Shown: positions 20,727 through 31,868 of the stretch, in pieces | Position numbering within the stretch: the first letter of the stretch is position 1 | Layout: each line of letters opens with the position of its first letter | From: Asterionella formosa | Taxonomy: Eukaryota | Direction: 5' to 3' | DNA: 40,166 nt | Assembly (NCBI GenBank): GCA_002256025.1 | Contig: NKIB01014852.1 | Location: 1-40,166 of the forward strand | Notes under the pieces: model-generated | What the model saw: the letters and a program-made list of their open reading frames with translations, nothing else | Databases searched by the model: none | Told to the model about the DNA's origin: nothing | Translations under genes and position numbers: made by a program

Positions 20727-22157
20727 TCATTGACTCAGAATTCCCTTTAACATTGTTTTGAGCTGAGGACTCACTTGTGTACCTATCTTTTGACCTCGAG
20801 ACCATTTCTTTACAAGCTGGCAAAGGGCTTCCATTTGATCTGACTTTGTCTGTTGATCAATTGCCAGAAGCACGTTGAAATCACACAGGGCATTCAATAA
20901 ACTGCAATGGTCAGTTGTATCCTTCTCCAATGCAGCTAACAGTGCCTTCTTTGTTTTTGTAAGCATCATTCCATTCTTCTTCACTGTACTCGATGTGCTA
21001 CCAGCCAACTTTCCATCATGCGCCAGCATGGCAGTATTGACCAAACACAAAACTGTGTCCAACATGGTTGTTTCTTTCCCGTCCACTAACACGGGATGTA
21101 CAGTCGTCACAAATCTCCCCTCGGTGTCCTTGATCATATCTTCTGCCACCATTTGAACCGCCACGTTGGACAATTGGAATGCTTCTGTGGCACCTGTTGT
21201 AACGTCCATAGATAGGGTCGCCCATCTATCACTACCACTGGCTTGCATCTGCAAAATTTGCAATTTTGCAGCCACCAAAATATCTTGTCCGTGTACTGGC
21301 AATGTTGCCTCATCCTTGCTACGGGCCCCGCAGTGAGAATAGATCCAACCAATGGGCACTAGATCTAGCCACTCAGCGAGTTGACGAACGCGAGGATGGT
21401 GCACCAATGCCTTGGCATCATAATGTGTTGGTGTCGCCTCTTGGGGAGGGTCCCACATGGCATGGACCTTGGCAACTTCACAATACTCAGGAGCCACTGA
21501 CGTGCTGAGCGAGGTTCTAACTTTGGCCGGTCGTGTGTCCAATCGTTCTCTCGATATGGTCCCCAATAGCAACCCCACGCGTAGATTCGGCCCCATGCAT
21601 TGCAAGCGTTCTGCACTGATCCGACACATGTACACTCGTTCCAGAGGTCCCTTGGGTTGGGGATCGACCACGTGTAGATTGGATTGCAGGTTGGCCACGT
21701 CGCCATAGGTCATGATACCGCTTCGCCTTGTCTTGAGCCGCTTCGCCGCTGTATAGTCTTTTGCAATTTCTGGATATGGATCAAAAGGGCGTTGTTTAGC
21801 CTTCCCAAAGGATGGTGGTGCGGAGGAGGAGGCCTTTTTGCTGGCCACTATTGAAATGAGTGCTCCGTGTGTGATATTCAACGCGGCTAGGGTTAGACTT
21901 GAATCTGCAACGTTCGACGATCCCACTTGTATGGCGTCATCTGGTGCAGGGCCAAACGGAGTTAGAGCTTGTGCTAACGTTATTTCTCCTTCCTTGCCAG
22001 AAGGAACTTGGATCTTTTGCATAGTGCCATCTTGGAGGCGAACCCGAAGGATGATCCCATTGGAGGGCGGCGACGACGTCGCGCCTGCTGAACGCGATGA
22101 TGTCAGAAAAAGTAGTGCCAGCAGAGAACATAACAGTGGACTTCGACCAACTTTCAT
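20727..22157 (-). CDS. NPL4: NPL4-family ERAD cofactor with signal peptide; probable symbiont-specific SELMA Npl4 (476 aa)
   Basis: Ubiquitin-like N-domain ILRVRLQDG, MPN-like core RVGLLLG...VHAMWDPPQE...LDLVPIGWIYSH...EAFQLS; Met at 22157 begins a hydrophobic signal peptide with no Phe at +1. Confidence 0.85.
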   Translation of the reverse strand: MKVGRSPLLCSLLALLFLTSSRSAGATSSPPSNGIILRVRLQDGTMQKIQVPSGKEGEITLAQALTPFGPAPDDAIQVGSSNVADSSLTLAALNITHGALISIVASKKASSSAPPSFGKAKQRPFDPYPEIAKDYTAAKRLKTRRSGIMTYGDVANLQSNLHVVDPQPKGPLERVYMCRISAERLQCMGPNLRVGLLLGTISRERLDTRPAKVRTSLSTSVAPEYCEVAKVHAMWDPPQEATPTHYDAKALVHHPRVRQLAEWLDLVPIGWIYSHCGARSKDEATLPVHGQDILVAAKLQILQMQASGSDRWATLSMDVTTGATEAFQLSNVAVQMVAEDMIKDTEGRFVTTVHPVLVDGKETTMLDTVLCLVNTAMLAHDGKLAGSTSSTVKKNGMMLTKTKKALLAALEKDTTDHCSLLNALCDFNVLLAIDQQTKSDQMEALCQLVKKWSRGQKIGTQVSPQLKTMLKGILSQ

Positions 22158-22267
22158 GATCCGTTCAGTAAGAAGACAAGGATGGAAGAATTGAAGTACC
22201 GATACTATTGCTGGAATAAATGGTGCGTGCCTCGATGAATGTCTCCAGCCAAGTTTTAATCTCAAAG

Positions 22268-22690
22268 CTACCGGTACCAGGGTACCAGGGTAGTAGCTTT
22301 TGGCATCACTGCAGATAATGATGTCACAGCAACTTTTCATTTGCTTCTGTGTAGATTTATGTCTGAAATGTATGTGTAATTATATGATACCAAGTATAAT
22401 ATACATGCAAGATGTACAGGTATCTAAATGCCCATAGAACATAGTAATAATAAGCCAGTCTACCTCTGCAGTAGTTGATACCCTGGATGTATAGTACATA
22501 CATGGCGAGATGGAGAACCGGTAACTGTGCGCACGACCAGTACCAGGTACCAGGTAACAGGTAGATGGTACCAGGTACCTACCGGCAGTACACTATTCAT
22601 AGGAACTACGCACGGTCTATACTTCCAGTACCCTGGTACCAGGTACCCGTACCACCAGGTGCATTGATAATTGATAGTCTACCAGTATTA
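22268..22690. repeat. ACC(W)GGT/GGTACC palindromic micro-repeat cluster
   Basis: TACCGGTACCAGGGTACCAGGGTA, GTACCAGGTACCAGGTA, CTGGTACCAGGTACC in the NPL4/trpCF divergent spacer. Confidence 0.85.
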
Positions 22691-23481
22691 GGTCTACCAT
22701 CTGCTGCAACATCTCTGGTCCATACTTTCATGGCTTATATGTGTTTACCGAGGACAAGCAAGGCACAATATCATGTGATTCAAAAGTTTCAGGGGATAGT
22801 TGGTGTTGTATGCCTTATTTCGAAAAAGCAGAATGTTGAGTCCTGGAACTACTGGTAGTACTATACTCTTTTCTGTTTTTCAAAGCAATGGTCAATTGCA
22901 CCAGCCATGTCCTCCCACCACTTTCAAATACGTCTATGCATGACTTGATTTCCAAGCTTGTGGTACACTCCATTTGAGTTTAAACATGGCATAGCTTGAG
23001 TCCCCAAGCACCAAGCTTCTTGACTGCTTGTGCTTGAGCTTGAGCTTTATTTGTGTACTCCATTTGAATTTACCTGCACTGGACTATAACATCACCAAGG
23101 ACAGGGCGCATGAGCCACTTATGAACTTGCATTGAGATTTCAGTTGTTGATTCATTGATGCTGTATGTATTGCATAAAATATTGTCACAGTGACAGTGAT
23201 GGAGCTCGTAGACTACGATAATATGTAGAACTACACTTCTCGAATACTCCCTACCGTACCCGGTATGTAATAATATTGGGTGGTTCAGTGCATTTTCTCC
23301 AAGGAAATCCTCCACGCGGAAGGCTTTGGTGAGCAACATCAGTTCATTGATACTGTATACGATTGATACAACCGATAATTGATTGGTTGATTGCGTGAAA
23401 CAGTACGTGACAGATGTACCAGGTACCGGTATTGGTAGTTATAATGGTGCGCTGAAATATCGCATGCTTATTAATTTGACC

Positions 23482-25601
23482 ATGACGACAGCAGACCATC
23501 ATCATCAGTCCTGGTTTTACTCATTCCTCGTCTTGTCGGTGATTTTTATTTGTATCAGCGATTCGTTTCCAATACTATCCACAGTTGCTAAGAGATTCTC
23601 GTCCTCCTCTCGCCTTTGCTATACCACCGCATCAGCAGCCAGAGCTATGGCCAAGCAAGCCTATACCGATAGTCAATTGAAAGATGCACTGGATTCTCTC
23701 TTGCAGGGATCCAGCGACCCAACTGATGATGGTCGGCATATTTATGGATACGGAAATCAGTCGCATACTCTGAGTATGTTACAGACCATAACAGCAACTC
23801 GTATCCTGGACTACGCGACCTACATGGTAAGTGAAGGGGAAAGTTATTGGAGCAGCCCTCAAAATCGATAAACAATATAGCCTACGGCTTTAGTTGGGAC
23901 AAAAAGTGTCGGAATTCCAAAAGATTGAGATACTTCGTGTTTCTAATACACCCTACACTCTTATAGGCCTCGCCTGAAGCACCGTCCAAGGAAACCCTTC
24001 AATCAGAAGCTGCAACATTTTGTTCCAAGTACGGCCCCATTCTTGACTTGAAGCAAGTCATTCAGTCTCAATCGCCCCGCATGGCTTTGGCGGCGGAATT
24101 CAAGCGAGCATCTCCCAGCAAGGGAGAAATCGCCCCAGGTTTAATCGCTGGAGACCAAGCTATTATTTATGCCAATGCTGGTGCCAACATTGTGTCTGTC
24201 CTGACGGAAGAACATTGGTTCCAAGGAACGTTGGCGGACATGACTGAAGTGAGGTTAGCGACATTGAAACAACGACCCGCAATCCTTCGCAAGGATTTTG
24301 TAATAAACGAATACATGATTGCAGAAGCCGCCGCTAATGGAGCTGATACAATTTTGTTGATTGTCGCCGTCTTGCCTCGCCATTTATTGTGCAACCTCAT
24401 TGCCTTCGCTCGGTCTGTTGGTATGGAACCACTTGTGGAAGTGCATGCGCAAGAAGAATTGAAAGTCGCTTTGGAAGCTGGCGCCAGGGTGATTGGAGTC
24501 AACAATCGGAATTTGCATACTTTTCAAATGGATTTGAGCACTACCGAACGAGTCGCAAATTTATTGCGGCAAGAAAACAAGACTTTCGACCACACAAACA
24601 AGGACGCAGATTATGTCATTTGTGCTCTCTCTGGCATGTCCACAGCTTTCGACGTTGACCGGTATCGCCAAGCCGGAGTCGGCATGTGTTTGATCGGTGA
24701 ATCGTTGATGCGAGCTGCCGATCCTTCCGCTGCCATTGCTGGCCTGAGTTTGCATCCTGACGATTTTACAATGAATCACTCGATTTCGGTGGGCGGTGCA
24801 TATACACAAGGTACAAAGTTGGTCAAAGTATGCGGAATAACAAATGGCGACGACGCTTTGGTGGCGTGTCGATCGGGGGCCAACTTGATTGGGGTCATTT
24901 TTGCACCCAACTCCAAGAGATGTGTAAGCACCGACGAAGCCAAACAAGTGGTCGACGTTGTCCGTAGATTTGGAGAACGCAGTGCACGAACTAGCCTCGC
25001 TATACCTCCAGCGAACGAACGAGCCCTTTCGAATCTTGTGTTGAGGTCTCGGTCTTTAGAAGAAGCCTCTCGACGCCCCATGGTGGTTGGGGTTTTTCAA
25101 AACCAAGATGCTACATTCATTCGAGAAATGGTGCAAGAGTGTGGATTAGACTTGGTGCAATTGCATGGCAAGGAGGGTATGGCGGCTGCAAATATTGCAA
25201 ATACGGGTGCTCCTACAATTCGAGTGGTGGATATTGAAACAGAACCCGTCACTGGCAAGGCCAGTCCGACGACGGTCGAAGATTTGCTGCTCAGTCTTAC
25301 CTCAGACCCAGTTGCCATTTTGCTTGACACATCCATAAAAGGTGCAAAAGAGGGCGGGGGCACAGGCGTTACGTTTGATTGGGGTATTTGCCAAAATGTC
25401 CAAGACGCTGGTCTTCCAGTGATTATCGCTGGTGGCTTGACACCAGTCAATGTTCACGAAGCTGTTCTAGCGGTTCGACCTTGGGGTGTTGATGTGAGTT
25501 CGGGGGTCGAAGCGACGCCGGGAAAGAAGGACCATGCTAAGGTCCAAGCTTTTTGCAAGCGTGCTCGTGAAGCAGCTATCGAGGCCAACAAAGGATTTTA
25601 A
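23482..25601 (+). CDS. trpCF: Bifunctional indole-3-glycerol-phosphate synthase / phosphoribosylanthranilate isomerase, plastid-targeted; exons 23482-23826 and 23967-25601 (~659 aa)
   Basis: IGPS motifs AEFKRASPSKG, SVLTE, LRKDF, LVEVH, GVNNRNL, LIGESLM; PRAI motifs VKVCGIT, VQLHG, AGGL, GVDVSSGVE; phase-0 140-nt intron GTAAGT...TTCTAAT...TAG; presequence ...ICISDS-FP. Confidence 0.95.
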
Positions 25602-26848
25602 GCGCACGTACGTTCCCTTTAAGCTAATATTTTTTCATCGCAGAGTCGAGGTACTTTGATATAGTGTACTCTGATTTTACCATCTGCACGAGCTACATTA
25701 TATAATTGGTATAGCCGGTAGTTGAGACAGACTACAAGGGTAATATCGTGGACATGACAGCATACACATGTTTACCGGTAATCACTCCGGAGTAATACAT
25801 TATGCATGACTATGCAGTAGTAGTCTAGTCTACAGCCTGATCAATGAAGACAGACAATCATATCCTTGATTTCTAAGAATGACCCTATAATCAATAGTAC
25901 CTGGAACACATGGTATTAGTTTTGATAGTATTATTGGCATTTTAGACTGCTACCGGAACATTTAGGCAATGTATACGCACAGGACATATTTTATACATGC
26001 AGACGGATTCAATTTGTCCTTGACGTCAAAGCCGACCAGTATACCGGTATACATCAGGTTGACAACACTACATATACCGATATACCATATATGCATGCCG
26101 GTACATACTAAATGTATGCATAGAACGACACAGAGGAAATCACTTATTGCGGTTCTACATAGTACCGGTTTTTGTTGTTACTCCGGGGTACCGGTACTTT
26201 GTTGAAATGGTCCGTACTCCTTCCCGCGGGTTGGGTCTCTCTTCACGTAGACTCTTACGTGATCGTAGTACTACCTAGTACCACTCACTTTCTCTCTTGT
26301 CTCTGCTTCTAGCCTTCCTGCTAGATAGACTAATTGACCTTCCTGTCAATTAACACACTGTTTCCTCGGTTGATAATCTAAATCTCAAATTAAATTATAA
26401 GCTAAACTAAATGTTTCCTTTCCATGCATCTTTGCTTCCTGCAAAGTCATTCTAAGACTCTCTTCGAGTTTCCACTTAACATTTCCATAGAAATCTTCAA
26501 TCTCTGATCTCGTTAGACAGCTGATTGACGTGGCAATGCAATATTCGACTCGTTCGATTACAATCGAGTCCACAATCCTTGTGACTCGGGCTAATATTCT
26601 TGACAGTACTTGGTACACTGGTACCAGGTACTCTCACCATTTAACAGTACCGCAGGCAGCAGCATCACTGAGCGAGGACGAATATCGGTATTATTAGGGT
26701 AACAGTAAAATACTTCAGATTTGTTCTCTTTTGATATACCTTCCATTATATTGTTGCTCTTTGTTGAGAGTGATGCCGTTCATTCTCATCGGCAATTTCG
26801 ACTTCTCTAATCGCATTGCTAGTCGTCGAAGAAACAAGTGCACCCTTT

Positions 26849-29800
26849 ATGATGAGCCGCTTCAAGACCTTAGGAGGTTTGCTCGACATGAAAGGCACTG
26901 ACGAGCCACCGTCACAACCACAGCAGCCAGCAGCATCAGCACGGCCAACGCTATCCGGGAGGCAAGGCTCAGTTATGAACTTTGAACCACGATCTCTCTC
27001 ATACCACAACATGATTCTCAACATTGACGGTTCTGTGTTGTCACAAGATCTCATCAAAGGCTTACGCGAAAGGCAGGGCTATTGTGTGACCTGTCCTGGT
27101 GAACCAGTTAAGCTGTACGAAATCCGCAAGTCGAAGTTGAATCCGCTCTGGAAATCGAAAGAAAACATTTCAGTGATGCACGAGTCTTACAATGGGGTGT
27201 GCCTGAAATGTAATCCCCAAATGGATCCGTTCAAAGAGCAACGACGAACTAGTCTGCAATTCAGTCTAAGTGCAGCGGGCAGCAGAGGTAGTAGCTTTCG
27301 CTCGGCAAAGCCGCATTATAGAACATCAGATAGTCTCCCTGGTAGTTTGCGATCTTCTTCAATGTCGAGAGAAGGCTCGTTACGCAGTGTGGAAGGATCG
27401 CCTTTACGCAGTCGACAAGAACGTTTTGGGTCACGAGATTCTTTAACTCCTTCCCTTTCACCAGCTCCTCGAGCAAACCTCCCTGGCTTTGATGTTACGA
27501 CCCGTGATCCTCGGTACAATTCATCGTTGACTTTTTTAGAGTCTAATGGCAGTTGCGAGGATTCTTCCGAAAAATACGAATCCTCGCCCGAGATATCAGG
27601 GAAGGAATCTGTTTTTTCCTCTCACCTGACATCCCTACCGAAACAGGAGGGAAATGACTGGGACAACTTTTCTATGCCCGACTTCTCGCAGGGTAGCTCC
27701 AACACGTTTAAATCTCATCGACAGAAGCCCCCCACCAAAATCAATCCGCAGCAACGTTTGTCATCAGTGAGGAACACGTCGATGAAGAGGAATTCACTCT
27801 CAGGGATTAGAGAGAACTCCGTGGGAGAGTTGCAGCGATCAGCGAATTCGATTCATGGGATCGATCATAATATGGACGTCAACACTAGAGAGGAGAACTT
27901 ATTTGATGCTAACCTTTTCAGCGACAGTCGCTCTTCCAAATCTGTGACGAAGAAGGACAAAAGTGACCGAAATAAAAAGAAGAAAAAGGACAAGGAACCA
28001 AAGGATAAGGCAAAGAAATCAAAAAGTAGGGGTAAATTAAAGGGTTCTTTTGAATTTATCGATGACTTTGCCACTGGTTGGCCTGAGCCATTCAACGAAA
28101 ATCAAGCCACAAACAATGGTTGTGAACCGGGCTTCGAGACGGAAGATTTGTTCGGCAGGTCAAACTTATTTGAATCGACTTCGGCTTTAAGTGACAATGA
28201 ATTACCCGTTCAACCCATTTCCAAGAATCAGAAAAGATTATCAGACGATTCTATGAACGATGAAGTTTTCCATTTCGAGTCGTCCTCTACGTCCATTACC
28301 GGCAACAACAGCTGGAGCGGAACACGAAGTCGAAACAACGATTCAAACAACTTTGCTCCTCCTCCACTCGAAGACGAGGCCGGTGGTCCGGATATAATTG
28401 TGTCAAGGCCAGTTACACTCCTACGAAAGGCATCTCCTTCTCTAACCCCACCACCTCGGGAAGCCAATCATGCGTTGCCGGATGACGAGGAAGACCAAGT
28501 CATTACACGTAAGACGCCTGAAGATCCAGTCGACCACGAAAAGTTGGATGAAATCAACGCCTTGCTTAAGGATGTGGCTGCCGCTGGGAGCATGGAATTT
28601 TTGACCGAGCTCTTAGTGAACACCATGCGATCATACCAAGATGTAATGGAAATTCAAGAATTGTGTTTAAGTTACATTTGGGATTTGTGCAAATTCAACG
28701 ATGCCAACAAATCTGCCATAATGTCAGCTGGTTTGCCGGAAGATATTATCAAGGCCATGAAGCTTTTTAAACAAAGTGTCAAAGTCCAGGAATGTGCGTG
28801 CGGAGCCCTCTGGTCACTTTCAGTGAACCAGTTCAACAGGATAGAACTTGTTCGTATAGGAGCAGTCGAACGAATTTTCCGAGCTCTGGAAATGCACTTA
28901 AAGATGGAAGCCTTTGTCGAGGTGGCATTTGGTGCCTTGCGGACGTTGTCTCCTGACCCCGAAGTGCGCGTGTCGATTGGGCAATTATTGGGTGCCCACC
29001 GAGTCTGTCGTGCAATGGGGTTACATCGACAGTCGACCAGCATTCAACGTGATGGATGTGCGTTCTTGTCGAATGTTGCAGTAGATATGGAAAATCAAGT
29101 GGTTTCTATCGTCACATTCGAGGAGTTGGAAGCCGTGGTGCGTGCCATGGGCGATCATTTGAGAAATGAAGCAGTCCTGGCAAGTGCCTGCTTTGCACTC
29201 AAGAACTACACATACGAAGAAAAGAATCTTCGAGCTTTACGGCAGTTTGACGAAGCAAGTTCCCTACTAGAAGATGCTTCGAAATATAGTAGTAGCATTG
29301 AATGTCGCAATGATGCGGCAGAAACCTTGGATCGAATTCGCATGCTCCAGGCAGAAGACGAGGCCCTTGAAGAGATGGCTTACTCTTCGCTTCTCGATAT
29401 GGAGGTATCGGCCATGGTGCAAAGTGCTGAAGATTCTGTAATGTCCATTATTGATATTCTGAGAGAGTATGAGTGGTCAGTGAGGATGATCTGTTATTGC
29501 CTTGATTCGTTGCATGAAATGGCAAAGCGAAGCGAAGAACATGTTGTGCTTATGACGCAAAACTTATCACTACGAGTCGTAATCAACGCAATGGAACGAC
29601 AGAGAATAAATGCAAAAGTTCAAGAGAAAGGTTGCGAGTTATTGAAAATACTTGCAATGCATTCAGCTCAATCAAGATCGTCCATTTGTGACGTGAATGG
29701 TTCCAATTTTGTCTTGACCGCGATGCGCATACACCGTGGTGTGGAAACTGTACAAATGGCAGCATTTGCGGCACTGAAAGCATTATCGGATGACCCTCGT

Positions 29801-29992
29801 TGCGCCAAGGAGGTTGCTCGAATTGGAGGACTTACGCGAATCAGAGATGCCTATCAGGAACGGAGCGTCAGAGAAACTTTGAAGGATGAGCGATCGATAC
29901 GGTCGCTCGCATTTCCTAGGAGTTCAATGAATGCGTCGATTCAAATGATGGGAAACTCCAAGATTCTTTCGTCAATTCTCTTGGTGGATTAA
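26849..29992 (+). CDS. Armadillo-repeat protein with N-terminal CxxC...CxxC motif and long Ser-rich disordered linker (~1047 aa)
   Basis: ARM-like repeats VQECACGALWSLS, IQRDGCAFLSNVA, VQEKGCELLKILA, VQMAAFAALKALS; first ATG at 26849. Confidence 0.9.
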   Translation: MMSRFKTLGGLLDMKGTDEPPSQPQQPAASARPTLSGRQGSVMNFEPRSLSYHNMILNIDGSVLSQDLIKGLRERQGYCVTCPGEPVKLYEIRKSKLNPLWKSKENISVMHESYNGVCLKCNPQMDPFKEQRRTSLQFSLSAAGSRGSSFRSAKPHYRTSDSLPGSLRSSSMSREGSLRSVEGSPLRSRQERFGSRDSLTPSLSPAPRANLPGFDVTTRDPRYNSSLTFLESNGSCEDSSEKYESSPEISGKESVFSSHLTSLPKQEGNDWDNFSMPDFSQGSSNTFKSHRQKPPTKINPQQRLSSVRNTSMKRNSLSGIRENSVGELQRSANSIHGIDHNMDVNTREENLFDANLFSDSRSSKSVTKKDKSDRNKKKKKDKEPKDKAKKSKSRGKLKGSFEFIDDFATGWPEPFNENQATNNGCEPGFETEDLFGRSNLFESTSALSDNELPVQPISKNQKRLSDDSMNDEVFHFESSSTSITGNNSWSGTRSRNNDSNNFAPPPLEDEAGGPDIIVSRPVTLLRKASPSLTPPPREANHALPDDEEDQVITRKTPEDPVDHEKLDEINALLKDVAAAGSMEFLTELLVNTMRSYQDVMEIQELCLSYIWDLCKFNDANKSAIMSAGLPEDIIKAMKLFKQSVKVQECACGALWSLSVNQFNRIELVRIGAVERIFRALEMHLKMEAFVEVAFGALRTLSPDPEVRVSIGQLLGAHRVCRAMGLHRQSTSIQRDGCAFLSNVAVDMENQVVSIVTFEELEAVVRAMGDHLRNEAVLASACFALKNYTYEEKNLRALRQFDEASSLLEDASKYSSSIECRNDAAETLDRIRMLQAEDEALEEMAYSSLLDMEVSAMVQSAEDSVMSIIDILREYEWSVRMICYCLDSLHEMAKRSEEHVVLMTQNLSLRVVINAMERQRINAKVQEKGCELLKILAMHSAQSRSSICDVNGSNFVLTAMRIHRGVETVQMAAFAALKALSDDPRCAKEVARIGGLTRIRDAYQERSVRETLKDERSIRSLAFPRSSMNASIQMMGNSKILSSILLVD

Positions 29993-31369
29993 TTTTTGCC
30001 TTGATATCTTTAAAAGTGACACCAGAATTAACAATGACAATTTTCGCGACACAAAAGGAGTACCAAGTCCAACAAATGTTCATTTTTGCCTTCCTAGTGG
30101 ATGCCGGCTCTGCAGTATCAAAACCAGTTTCTTGTGAAGAAGCTCGACAGGAACCCGTGACTGAGTTTGTTGAAACTTCCTTTCTCATTTTGGCAAGATC
30201 TTAACAGAGATGCATAATGGAAAAATATGGCTGTTGCTTGGCCCAATTTTTTGTTTTTGTATCTCCAACATCGAGGGGATATTTTGCTTCCAGCAACACT
30301 TTTTTGTTGCTCCGAAATTTTTTTCTGCGTGTATCACTATAGATACAATTCTAAGTAACACTATTTTATAATTTATTTCATGTCATGTGACAAAGTCCCC
30401 TTTTCCATTGCTAAAAAAGCAACGGAAACAATTTTTGGGAGGAAGGATCAACAGCAATTATTATCACTACTTGTGTGTGTATGTAATTATGCTTTTCATA
30501 AATTATTGCTACATTTAGGAGTTGCACTTGTTGTTGCTAGTCCCTCAAAACACATTGCAACAAAATCGAGCAGTCATCAGCATTTGTAAAGTTTAAGTAG
30601 TGGCAATATACATCTTCAAATTCTTGTCAAGACACAAAACCATCTCGGTCTGTATCCAAACTGGAAAACAGATTCTCAGCTTGTTTGGAGCACAAGTCAT
30701 TCGATCAAGCAGTTTGGGATTTCCCAAGGCAGTATCTTTCAAGTCTGCAAAGCCATCTCTGAGGGCAACTTTGCCATGGACCCCAAGATCGAAATGCATC
30801 CATGTGATGATTTTATGCAGCTTCTGCCTTGTAGTCATGGCTAGTCCCACAAATATTATTATTTCGTATGTCCATGCCTGGATGAATATCATTCTCAGCT
30901 GCATAGTCTAAAAATGCCACTGACTCCATTTGAATTGAGGTGTTATTTGATGACTGGTTGGATTATTTGTTCTTCTTGACAGGCTGACACGGAACTGACC
31001 AAAGAATTTTTTTTAAGAAGGATAAGTGATGGTGTCAAACAATGAGTTTTGTGAAATGTAAAGCAAGTAATGAGTGTTCTTCACTTCTATTGGAAACTTG
31101 CAAATTTGATAGACAATTTTTGCTTGAAGGACTTGTGCGATTGTGTTCGAGGGGAACAAAATTGTTGTTGCTCACGATTGACATGAAAAAGGTGTGAGGA
31201 TTCCGATCCAGAAGCATGTGTCGACGGAATCTTACTCGTACCTGCTACTATGTATACTTGAGCGATGAGGAACAAGCAATGATAAATGAAAAAGATACGC
31301 ATTCAAGATTCCTTTTGTTTTCATCATCCTCTCGCTCGTCTTGCTCACACTGATTATCACCGGCGTCAC

Positions 31370-31715
31370 TACCTGGTACCTGGTACCTCCTGTGCTTCGG
31401 GTGACAGGTATAACTATACTACGTATGTAGCTACAGGTAGTTGGAAAGCAACGACAGCGCACGCATCCATGATTATGATGGGTACCGGTACCCGGTACCC
31501 TAGTACCAGGTACAGTAACAGGTATTCCAGCCCACCACCGATACAAGGTTCCCCTAGGCACCTCGTACAAGGTACTGGTACTTGTTATCTACCAGGTACC
31601 AGGTACCCACCCGGTAGTGTCAGGCGCAGGGTTTCAGGTACACCTGTTAGTCTACCGATACTGGTACAATATCTGGTACATAGGAGTAGTCTACCAGTTA
31701 CCGAGCTACCGGTAG
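31370..31715. repeat. ACC(W)GGT/GGTACC palindromic micro-repeat cluster
   Basis: TACCTGGTACCTGGTACC, GGTACCGGTACCCGGTACC, TACCAGGTACCAGGTACC upstream of the FNR-like gene. Confidence 0.85.
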
Positions 31716-31868
31716 CATGTTCATGTATGATCGCAACAACGATCAAGCTGAAGCAGGCAGTTCTAATTGATGTGTGATCTTTTTCTGCTGTACTTTGACT
31801 GCTTCGTTACCCACATGCACAATTAGACTTGAGGACGATCAGAAGAGGAAGTGGCATCAGAATTTATC

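Noticed and set aside
22158..22340. N-terminal extensions in the ORF track for NPL4 (also 19707, 23383, 26816, 31851 starts)
   Set aside because: They use non-ATG or upstream starts that would bury the signal peptides or run through promoter repeats
24048..25601. Bacterial trpCF or contaminating prokaryotic operon
   Set aside because: The gene has a spliceosomal intron and a bipartite presequence, and its neighbours are eukaryotic
30380..31030. Short ORFs on both strands
   Set aside because: No recognisable motif; probably decayed repeat or intergenic DNA
31232..31777. ORFs rich in VPGT/GTRY (also 8944-9147 and 22565-22858)
   Set aside because: Translations of the stop-poor GGTACC micro-repeats, not protein-like
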